A model generated the notes under the pieces. That model saw only the letters and a list, made by a program, of their open reading frames with translations, made no database searches and had not been told where the DNA came from. This document shows positions 7,395 to 14,816 of a DNA stretch of 46,065 nucleotides, one piece after another (the stretch's first letter is position 1; every line of letters starts with the position of its first letter). Source of the stretch: a virus (Duplodnaviria > Caudoviricetes). The stretch covers positions 1 to 46,065 of the IMG/VR virus record IMGVR_UViG_3300037470_000435; one strand, given 5' to 3'. Position numbers and translations under genes: made by a program.

Positions 7395-7814
7395 TCACCC
7401 CGTTACCCCGAACGCCTTACTGAGCGCGTAGCCCCCGGCCAGCAGCAGGCCCAGGTATCCCGCCCAGAACAGCTTGGCCTGCCGGGGCCACGGGGTATGG
7501 GGAACGCGCTCCGCGGGCTGTATGAGGTCTCGGAAGCCCGTGTGGCGATCCCAGATGGTGGCGGTGCAGCTCGGGCAGTCACACGCGCCCAGCTCAATCT
7601 CCTCCACGGCCAGCTCTTCGACTTCGGCTACTGGCAACGCGAACCGCCGGTCACCCGGGGCGATCTTCACTGCGTCGTAGTCGCCCGACGCGAACAGCAC
7701 GTTGGGCAGGCTAGCTTTGCAGCGTCCCACGCATTGCTCGTCGCACGGGCACTGGCCGACGGGTGACAGGTTCTGCTCTTCACGACGTATCTCGTTCTGT
7801 TTGAACTTGCTCAT
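7395..7814 (-). CDS. hypothetical Cys-containing protein with C-terminal TM helix
   Basis: AAGGAG RBS; CPC/CDCPSC; hydrophobic LFWAGYLGLLLAGGYAL. Confidence 0.65.
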   Translation of the reverse strand: MSKFKQNEIRREEQNLSPVGQCPCDEQCVGRCKASLPNVLFASGDYDAVKIAPGDRRFALPVAEVEELAVEEIELGACDCPSCTATIWDRHTGFRDLIQPAERVPHTPWPRQAKLFWAGYLGLLLAGGYALSKAFGVTG

Positions 7815-7855
7815 GGGTCATTACTCCTTAGCACTGAGTCATTGGTTAGTAGGAA

Positions 7856-7897
7856 CTTCACACCCCGCACGCAGCACCAAGTGCGCAGCACGCGGTG
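7856..7897. repeat. early-region hairpin motif copy B
   Basis: 31/42 identical to 8366-8407; GTGC-GCA-GCAC on + strand. Confidence 0.7.
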
Positions 7898-7902
7898 GCA
7901 GT

Positions 7903-7932
7903 AAAAAGCCCCTGGGCGCGAGCCGCAGGGGC
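7903..7932 (-). terminator. intrinsic terminator
   Basis: GCCCCTG...CAGGGGC-TTTTT. Confidence 0.75.
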
Positions 7933-7939
7933 AGGTTGG

Positions 7940-8329
7940 TTAATCGAAGCAACGGCCGTTCGGCACTAACGGCTTGTCGGTGCCGATCCGGAGGTACGGC
8001 TTCTCTTGGCCGACATCGGACTTCCGGTAGGATTTCCAGACCGCCACCGACACCTTCTTGTCGGTGCCGTGGATGGCCAGGACGCCCCGACGGGTCGGAG
8101 CCTTCGGGTTCTCCGAGGGCGTGCGCAGGAGCGTGCCTGTGGCGACGATCTCGTTGCCGCGCTTGACGGTGAGCATGCCGTCCGGGGTGAACCACGCGTC
8201 CAGCTCTTCGGACTCGTCATCGAGTACGAAGCTGCCACGCATGGCCTTGTCGGAGTACGAGAACACCGCACCGGTGAAGCGGTTGTCGAAGCCCTCGGGT
8301 GCATCGGACTGCTGGGTATACTGGTTCAT
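7940..8329 (-). CDS. DUF736-like, possible ssDNA-binding protein
   Basis: FDNRFTGAVF, NPKAP...G, VAVWK..S...KPYLRI pattern. Confidence 0.5.
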   Translation of the reverse strand: MNQYTQQSDAPEGFDNRFTGAVFSYSDKAMRGSFVLDDESEELDAWFTPDGMLTVKRGNEIVATGTLLRTPSENPKAPTRRGVLAIHGTDKKVSVAVWKSYRKSDVGQEKPYLRIGTDKPLVPNGRCFD

Positions 8330-8365
8330 GGTAAAGCCCTCATGTATAGAGAACGGAATGTTCTC

Positions 8366-8407
8366 CTTCACCCCAAACACGCAGGACTGAGTGCGAAGCA
8401 CGAAGTC
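8366..8407. repeat. early-region hairpin motif copy A
   Basis: GAC-TGA-GTGC-GAA-GCAC-GAA-GTC on + strand. Confidence 0.7.
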
Positions 8408-8548
8408 AAAATAGTTGGTTCAACCTCGCGCGAATGCGCGAGCACATTCGAGCTTTTCCCAAGAGCATGAAAAGGGTTGACGGGTGGGTTTGTGGGTCGA
8501 GTAGGGTGGACCCGGAGACATGACTAAGTTTCAGAATTTTCACGGCCT

Positions 8549-8622
8549 ATTTTATTTTTTAAATTTTGTGGGCTGTTTTTATGCCAAAAGATAAACAGCC
8601 CAGGGGTTTGCTATGACAAGCT
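8549..8622. promoter_or_regulatory. back-to-back pair of CAGCCCA-box promoters at the strand switch
   Basis: Leftward AAAACAGCCCACA-12-TAAAAT; rightward TAAACAGCCCAGG-12(TGa)-CAAGCT-6nt-GTG. Confidence 0.7.
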
Positions 8623-8628
8623 CTGTCT

Positions 8629-9218
8629 GTGCATTTGGTTATATCGAGAAAAGCCGCAAAAGCGCGAGGGAAGCTGCGGTACTTCACCGGCCACGCGTGC
8701 AAACGCGGTCACGTCGTGGAGCGACAAATTTCGAACAGGCAATGTCTGGAATGTACTCGCATCAACCACAACGACCGGCGGCGGACATATCCGGAGAAGG
8801 AACGGGCCGTTCGCCGCAAATGGCGGCGTGCCAACCTGAAAAAAGCCCGCGCCTACGGCCGCGCCCGTAGGGCGCTCAACCCAGAAAAGCACGGGCCGAC
8901 TTTCGTGAATGGCGGAAAGCTAATCCGGAGATAGCGCGCGCCGCATGTCGCGCGTGGGCCAAAGCCAACCCCGACAAAGCCAACGCCGCAGTAGCCCTTC
9001 GCCGCGCTCAGAAGCTCAAAGCCACCCCAAAATGGGCCAATCACGACGCGATTAACATCATTTACGCCGTCGCGCGGTTCCAGAGACGGCATGTTGACCA
9101 CATCGTCCCGCTCAAAGGCAAAAACGTCTGCGGCCTGCACGTCCACAACAATCTGAGGCCGTTGGAGCCCAAGAAAAACATGAGTAAGGGCAACAAATTA
9201 CTCGAGGAGGCCGCATGA
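8629..9218 (+). pseudogene. HNH endonuclease copy 1, frameshifted
   Basis: RYFTGHACKRGH N-domain; HVDHIVPLKG..VCGLHV..NL in another frame; one base missing near 8890 (CAC-GGGCC). Confidence 0.8.
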
Positions 9219-9463
9219 ACCCCATCAAATTCGAGCCGGAACTGGAGTACACCCGCGAAACTACACTCGGTGAGCTTCTCGACCGCGGCGGGGGCCATCA
9301 ACCCGGAACAAGCGACGCCTTAACGCTCCACTTTTCGAACGCTGAGGGCGAGTTTGTCGGCTCGTTCTGCATCGTCCGAGGAGTTGACGCCGACATTGTC
9401 ACCGATGCGGTTTTTACCGCCCTCGTCGGCGGCCCAATCCCTAAAAACCGAGTACTTCACTAA
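9215..9463 (+). CDS. hypothetical protein
   Basis: GAGGAGG RBS, ATGA overlap. Confidence 0.65.
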   Translation: MNPIKFEPELEYTRETTLGELLDRGGGHQPGTSDALTLHFSNAEGEFVGSFCIVRGVDADIVTDAVFTALVGGPIPKNRVLH

Positions 9464-9480
9464 CAAAAGAGGAAAAATCC

Positions 9481-9765
9481 ATGCTCAAAGCTTCTGAAAA
9501 CGCCGCAAAAGTCGTCGCTGAGCCCCGTCTGCAGCAGATCATCACCGATCTCAACGGGGTCAACATGTACGCCCGCGGCCTGGCCGAACGCGCCGACGAA
9601 ATCGACGCGCGACTGAGCGGAAAACACGTCGGTGCTGGCATCCAGGGCACTCCGGTGGAGGCGCCGGCAGGTCTCTTGGCGCAGCTGGAAGGGGGCCTGG
9701 GCGATCTCCGCGCCACGCTCGGCAGCATCGAAGCCCGCCTGATATCGCTCAGCCAGAGCATTTAA
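9481..9765 (+). CDS. hypothetical coiled-coil protein
   Basis: AGAGGA RBS. Confidence 0.65.
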   Translation: MLKASENAAKVVAEPRLQQIITDLNGVNMYARGLAERADEIDARLSGKHVGAGIQGTPVEAPAGLLAQLEGGLGDLRATLGSIEARLISLSQSI

Positions 9766-9790
9766 CTCAACACCAAGAAGAGGAAACAAG

Positions 9791-10069
9791 ATGACAACAG
9801 TTACCGCATTTCACTTCGAAGTTGCGCTAGCCCACATTAAAAACGGTCGCAGGGTGCAGCGCATCGGTTGGAACGGCAAGGGAATGTTCATTTTCCTCGT
9901 GCCCGGCAGCAAGTTCAAAGTCAACCGCCCGCCGCTGCTCGGCATCTACGAGGAAGGCACCGAGATCAACTACCACGCGCACGTCGACATGCGTACCGCG
10001 GACGGCAAAATCGTGCCGTGGATCTGCTCGCAGACTGACATGCTGGCGACGGACTGGGCGCTGGTGTAA
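9791..10069 (+). CDS. DUF2829 / Tad2-like nucleotide-signal sponge
   Basis: F..AL..IK.G.RV.R.GWNGKGMF...VPW..SQTDMLA.DW signature. Confidence 0.8.
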   Translation: MTTVTAFHFEVALAHIKNGRRVQRIGWNGKGMFIFLVPGSKFKVNRPPLLGIYEEGTEINYHAHVDMRTADGKIVPWICSQTDMLATDWALV

Positions 10070-10344
10070 TGCCCCGCTTCCGCAAGCGTCCCGTCACAGT
10101 CGACGCCGTCCAGTGGGGCGGCGTCGGCGATCACCCGGCCGTGCGGCCCTGGATTCATCCGTACAGCGACGTCAGCAAAGGCGTTTGCGGTTACTGCGCC
10201 GCTCCGATGGGCGCCCACGGCTGGATAGACACCCGCGAGGGCGGCCACATCGTCTGCCCGGGTGACTGGGTCATCACTGGCGTGGCCGGCGAGAACTACC
10301 CCTGTAAGCCGGACATATTCGAGCAGACGTACGAGGCGGTGTGA
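10069..10344 (+). CDS. conserved phage protein (RKRPV..DAVQW...TREG...PGDW...YPCKPDIF..TY family)
   Basis: Recognisable widespread phage motif; coupled to DUF2829 gene. Confidence 0.75.
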   Translation: MPRFRKRPVTVDAVQWGGVGDHPAVRPWIHPYSDVSKGVCGYCAAPMGAHGWIDTREGGHIVCPGDWVITGVAGENYPCKPDIFEQTYEAV

Positions 10345-10568
10345 GCGCGTACCTTGATCAGTGGAACGTGCAGGTAGCCGAGTATTGCCGCCGGTTTGAA
10401 CGCCGGCACGCGGCAGTAGTTACTCGGTATCGGGTCATGAGTCATCAGCACTACGTCATTGCTCATCCTAACTCGTTAGCCGCATGGTACTACGTCCTGG
10501 GTAACTGCAAACCGCAGCATTGGAACGCCGTCATGACGGTCTGGCGCTACGGGATGGGAGTCTCATGA
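10341..10568 (+). CDS. hypothetical protein
   Basis: ORF with GTGA overlap. Confidence 0.5.
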   Translation: MSAYLDQWNVQVAEYCRRFERRHAAVVTRYRVMSHQHYVIAHPNSLAAWYYVLGNCKPQHWNAVMTVWRYGMGVS

Positions 10569-10807
10569 GCTACCAAGAAGAACTCAACCGCCACAAAGAA
10601 GCCAAGAGTGTAGAGCCGGTACTACGCCCTATGCCGTCGAAGAAACGAGGCCCTAAGTCTTTCGTTCTAGAATGCCGCTGGGTTCCACGACTGACGCCGT
10701 GGGAGAAATGGAGGGCGTATTACACGTACGAAGCCGCCGAACGCGCCCGCAAGCGGCTTTCTCGCAAGTATTCGTTTATGGAGCTGCGTCACCGGCCATG
10801 CCCTTAG
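10565..10807 (+). CDS. hypothetical basic protein
   Basis: GGGAG RBS, ATGA overlap. Confidence 0.55.
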   Translation: MSYQEELNRHKEAKSVEPVLRPMPSKKRGPKSFVLECRWVPRLTPWEKWRAYYTYEAAERARKRLSRKYSFMELRHRPCP

Positions 10808-10932
10808 TCATCAGTATCTTGTTCCTGGTCCTCTGTTCTCCGTCATCAGTCACCGTCGAGCCGTATGCCGATGAGGACGTCGAGGTGATTGAGGACGTCG
10901 AGGTCTGGGTCAATTTCCACTGGGAGCTCTGA
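10798..10932 (+). CDS. small putative exported/membrane protein
   Basis: MPLVISILFLVLC hydrophobic start. Confidence 0.4.
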   Translation: MPLVISILFLVLCSPSSVTVEPYADEDVEVIEDVEVWVNFHWEL

Positions 10933-10934
10933 TC

Positions 10935-11462
10935 GTGTTCGACAAAGCCATCGAGTTCATCAACCGGTTCTGGGACTGGGCCAAGCCGTTCGAGATCCTC
11001 ATGGCCTACGAGGGTGGGGTGATGACGCGCTTCGGGAAGTTCCAGAAGACGCTGACGCCCGGGTTATACCTCAAGGTGCCGTTCGTGGACTACGCCCTCA
11101 CCACCCACACGACGATCACCACGCTGCAGCTCCGCCCGCAGACCTTGACCACGAAGGACGGCCAGCAGGTTGTGATCGGCGCCATCGTCAAGTACCAGAT
11201 CAAGGACCCCAAGCCGTTCCTGCTGGACATCTGGGACAGTACCGACGTGCTGAACGACGTCACGCTCGGCGCCATCAAGCGCGTCGTGAACGCGCTGTCC
11301 TTCGAGGACCTGGTCCACACCGACGTGGAGGCCCTCGTGCTGGAGGCGGTGCGCAAGGAGTGCAACCAGTACGGCTTCCGCATCCACAAGGTGACGTTCA
11401 CCGACATGGGAAAAATTCGTACGCTGAGACTGATGACTACGGGCTCAGCGCAAACCCCTTAA
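10935..11462 (+). CDS. SPFH/band 7 domain protein
   Basis: YEGGVMTRFGK...PGLYLKVPFVD, LTTKDG..V, YGFRIHKV.F.D. Confidence 0.85.
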   Translation: MFDKAIEFINRFWDWAKPFEILMAYEGGVMTRFGKFQKTLTPGLYLKVPFVDYALTTHTTITTLQLRPQTLTTKDGQQVVIGAIVKYQIKDPKPFLLDIWDSTDVLNDVTLGAIKRVVNALSFEDLVHTDVEALVLEAVRKECNQYGFRIHKVTFTDMGKIRTLRLMTTGSAQTP

Positions 11463-11466
11463 ATTC

Positions 11467-11497
11467 TAGGCAGCCCACTGACCGGATCAGCCATGAT
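11467..11497 (+). promoter_or_regulatory. TAGGCAGCCCA-box (late) promoter
   Basis: TAGGCAGCCCACT-12-CATGAT-9nt-ATG of terS. Confidence 0.7.
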
Positions 11498-11506
11498 TCG
11501 GTCCAA

Positions 11507-11977
11507 ATGACTCAACTCCGGGACCTCACAGAAGCGCAGCATCTTTTTGTTCAGTGCGCCACCGCCGGGCTCACCACGGCCGCCGCGGCACGAGCCGCCG
11601 GCATCAGCGAAGAAGAAGGCCAGCGGATCGTCCAGCTGCCACACATTCAGGCGGCGATGGCGGAGATCCGCAACAAGCTCGCGACCAAGCTCGAAATCAC
11701 TCGTGAAGATGTGGCCCGCGGCTTCCTCGACGCCGTGCGCAGCTCGGCCAACTCGATGGAGCTCGTCGCCGCGTGGCGCGAGATCGGCAAGTTGCTCGGT
11801 CACTACGCGGCGGAGAGAGTCGAGAACACGATCAACGTGGCCGGCGTCGCCAAACTCACACAGATGAAGCAGCTCGACGACAAAGAGCTGCTGGATCTTA
11901 TCGGGGTCGACCCGACCAAGGTGCTGCAAGGGTCGTGTGAACGCGTGGAAGAGGCATATGCGACTGATAAGCCATAA
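11507..11977 (+). CDS. terminase small subunit
   Basis: LTEAQHLF...AAARAAGIS HTH, ITREDV, A..EIGKLLG; upstream of terL. Confidence 0.8.
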   Translation: MTQLRDLTEAQHLFVQCATAGLTTAAAARAAGISEEEGQRIVQLPHIQAAMAEIRNKLATKLEITREDVARGFLDAVRSSANSMELVAAWREIGKLLGHYAAERVENTINVAGVAKLTQMKQLDDKELLDLIGVDPTKVLQGSCERVEEAYATDKP

Positions 11978-12488
11978 AGAAGCCAAAGCCGCTGGCCTGA
12001 AGCGCTACTTCACCGGCAAGAAGTGCGCTCGCGGGCACATCGCCGAGAGGCTCGTGTCCTGTCGTAATTGTCTTCAATGCCATAACGAGAAATGTACCGC
12101 CTGGGCGAAAAGAAACCGGGCAAAACGCAGGAAGTTTGCCCGCGCCGGGTACGCGGCGAACCCAGACAAGCAGCGGCTTCGCTGTCAGGCCTACTACGCC
12201 GCCAACACGGCGCGCGCTCGGGCGCGGGTCAGCGCATGGAAAAGAAAACACCCGGACAAAAACACCGCCAACACGGCGCGCCGCAACGCCCGCAAGCTCA
12301 AAGCCACTCCGATCTGGGCGAATCATGACGCCATCGAGGTCCTCTATTCGCTCGCGCGAAGCGCCAGCAAACAGGTCGACCACATCGTCCCGCTCAAAGG
12401 CAGAAGTGTCTGTGGTTTGCACGTTCATAACAACATGCAGCTCCTACCGCCGGCAGAGAACATGAAGAAAGGCAACCGGCATGTCTGA
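11958..12488 (+). CDS. HNH endonuclease copy 2
   Basis: AKAAGLKRYFTGK.C.RGH; VDHIVPLKG..VCGLHVHNN. Confidence 0.9.
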   Translation: MRLISHKEAKAAGLKRYFTGKKCARGHIAERLVSCRNCLQCHNEKCTAWAKRNRAKRRKFARAGYAANPDKQRLRCQAYYAANTARARARVSAWKRKHPDKNTANTARRNARKLKATPIWANHDAIEVLYSLARSASKQVDHIVPLKGRSVCGLHVHNNMQLLPPAENMKKGNRHV

Positions 12489-14331
12489 AAAGGAAATCGA
12501 TTACACAGCAATTCCATGCCCCGTGTGCCATGAGGTCAAGTCATTTGATCGCTACAACATGAAAGGGCCGCCGTTCACGATCTGCTCGGCCTGTGTGCTG
12601 ATCAAAGACCAGCAGGCCCATGAGGATGCGAAGGCGCGCCGCCGGGCGGAGAAGCTGATCGAGAACCCCCTGCTCGGCATGGACCGCGCCACCAAGGCAA
12701 GGACCCTCGCCAAGGCGAAGAGTAAGAAGGCCAACGAAAAACATAAACGCAAGACCGGGGCCAACCTACGTGAAGCGGCCCAGACCAAAGTGGCCAAGGC
12801 CGTCGCCGCCGTGATGCCGCCGACCACGCCCAAGCACGAACCGACCGAGGCCGAGAAAGAACTGGCCTGGCGCATCCTGGCGCAGCGTCGCTTGCTGCCG
12901 TTCATCATGCGGTTCAAAGAAGACTACCTGGCCGGTTGGGTTCACAAGGATTTGTGTGAGCGGCTCGAGAAATTCAGTGACGACGTGGTTGCGGGCAAAT
13001 CTCCCCGCTTAATGCTGTTCCTACCGCCGCGCACGGGGAAAAGTGAGATCGCGTCGGTGAATTTCCCGGCGTGGCATTTGGGGCGGAACCCAAAACACGA
13101 AGTCATCGCCACGTCGTACGCCGCCGCGCTGGCCTTCAGCTTCTCCAAGCGGGTCCGCGCCATCATCCGCGACCCGTCCTACACCAGCGTGTTCCGCGGG
13201 TGCCGGCTCGATCCGGACAGTCAGTCAACCGAGAACTGGAACACCACGGTCGGCGGAGGGTACCTCGCGGCCGGTGTCGGCGGACCCATCACGGGCCGCG
13301 GCGCGCACGTACTGATCGTGGATGACCCGGTCAAGAACCAGGAGGAGGCCGACTCCGAGACTTCGCGCGAAGTGGTGGCCAACTGGTACAGCTCCACCGC
13401 TTACACCCGACTCGCGCCTGGCGGCGGCGTGCTCATAATTATGACCCGCTGGAACGAAGCCGACCTCGCCGGCTGGCTGCTCGAAATGCAGAAGCAGGGC
13501 GGCGACACCTGGGAAGTCGTGTCGTACCCGGCCATGGCGGAAGAGGACGAGAAGTTCCGTAAGAAGGGCGAGGCGCTGCACCCGGAACGCTACAACATCG
13601 ACATGTTGCAGCAGATCAAGAAGGCCGTCGGCCCGCGCAACTGGTCGGCGCTATACCAGCAGAACCCCGTGGCCGCCTCCGGCGTGTACTTCACGGACAA
13701 AATGATTCGTTTTTATGACGGCGCGCCGCCAGGGAACCTGCGGTACTACTCGGCGTGGGACTTGGCGATCAGCGTCAAAGAAAAGGCGGACTACACGGCC
13801 GGTGTAACCGTCGGCGTCGATGAGAACGACGTGATGTACGTGGTCGACGTGCGCCGCGGTAAGTGGACCGCGGACCAGATTGTGGAGCAGATCCTCGACA
13901 ACTACGTGAAGTGGAAGCCGGACGTGACGGGGATTGAGAAAGGGCATGTGCAGCTAGCTATCGGCCCATTTCTCAAGAAGCGCATCAAGGAGCGCAAACT
14001 ATTTGCGATGTACGTGCTGGAATTCGGCGCAGGCCGCCGCGACAAAGCCTCGCGGGCACGACCGATCCAGGGGCGGATGGAGCAAGGCCTGGTGCGATTC
14101 CCGCGCCACGCGGCATGGATGGACGACCTGCGCAACGAGCTGCTGGGGTTCCAAGGCGGCGCCAAGCACGATGACCAGGCCGACGCGTTGGCTTGGGTTG
14201 GCGTCATGTTGGACGAGATCCTGCCGGCGCAGCTCAGCAAGAGCAAGAAGGCGAAATCCTGGCGCGATAAGTTGACGCGCTTCGGCGCTCGTAACAAGAA
14301 CTTTTACGGCGCGAGTGCGATGTCGGCATGA
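12481..14331 (+). CDS. terminase large subunit
   Basis: PPRTGKS Walker A, LIVDD Walker B, WDLA/DYTA/HDDQAD nuclease; N-terminal CxxC...CxxC extension. Confidence 0.95.
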   Translation: MSEKEIDYTAIPCPVCHEVKSFDRYNMKGPPFTICSACVLIKDQQAHEDAKARRRAEKLIENPLLGMDRATKARTLAKAKSKKANEKHKRKTGANLREAAQTKVAKAVAAVMPPTTPKHEPTEAEKELAWRILAQRRLLPFIMRFKEDYLAGWVHKDLCERLEKFSDDVVAGKSPRLMLFLPPRTGKSEIASVNFPAWHLGRNPKHEVIATSYAAALAFSFSKRVRAIIRDPSYTSVFRGCRLDPDSQSTENWNTTVGGGYLAAGVGGPITGRGAHVLIVDDPVKNQEEADSETSREVVANWYSSTAYTRLAPGGGVLIIMTRWNEADLAGWLLEMQKQGGDTWEVVSYPAMAEEDEKFRKKGEALHPERYNIDMLQQIKKAVGPRNWSALYQQNPVAASGVYFTDKMIRFYDGAPPGNLRYYSAWDLAISVKEKADYTAGVTVGVDENDVMYVVDVRRGKWTADQIVEQILDNYVKWKPDVTGIEKGHVQLAIGPFLKKRIKERKLFAMYVLEFGAGRRDKASRARPIQGRMEQGLVRFPRHAAWMDDLRNELLGFQGGAKHDDQADALAWVGVMLDEILPAQLSKSKKAKSWRDKLTRFGARNKNFYGASAMSA

Positions 14332-14816
14332 AAGTAATCAGCCATAAAGATGCCAAAGCCGCGGGTCTGAAGCGGTACTTCACGGGCAAACCATGCAAGC
14401 GCGGCCACGTCGCAGAGCGGTTCGTGTCGAGCGCAGACTGCACCGAATGCAACCTCGAACGCCTCCGCGCCCGTAAAAAAACCAACCCGGAGAAAGTCCG
14501 CGCCTGGCGCCGCGCCCAATACAAAGCCAACGCGGACAAAGAGCGCGCCCTCATTCGTGCCTGGCAGAAGGCCAACCCGGACAAGCACAACGCCAGGCAA
14601 GCGCGACGTCGTGCCCGCAAGCTCGAAGCCACCCCAATCTGGGCGTGCAAAGAAGCCATCGACGTCATCTATGCGTTGGCGCAGTCGCAGAAGAAACACG
14701 TTGATCACATCATCCCACTAAAGAGCCCGCTCGTCTGTGGGCTCCACGTACACAACAACATGCAGCTCCTACCGCCGGCAGAGAACATGTCGAAAGGAAA
14801 CCGCTATGACGGATAA
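14328..14816 (+). CDS. HNH endonuclease copy 3
   Basis: Same two-domain layout as copy 2. Confidence 0.9.
   Translation: MKVISHKDAKAAGLKRYFTGKPCKRGHVAERFVSSADCTECNLERLRARKKTNPEKVRAWRRAQYKANADKERALIRAWQKANPDKHNARQARRRARKLEATPIWACKEAIDVIYALAQSQKKHVDHIIPLKSPLVCGLHVHNNMQLLPPAENMSKGNRYDG

Noticed and set aside
10889-11506. 362-aa terS fusion ORF
   Set aside because: Upstream part is an off-frame read of the SPFH gene; terS has its own promoter and ATG at 11507
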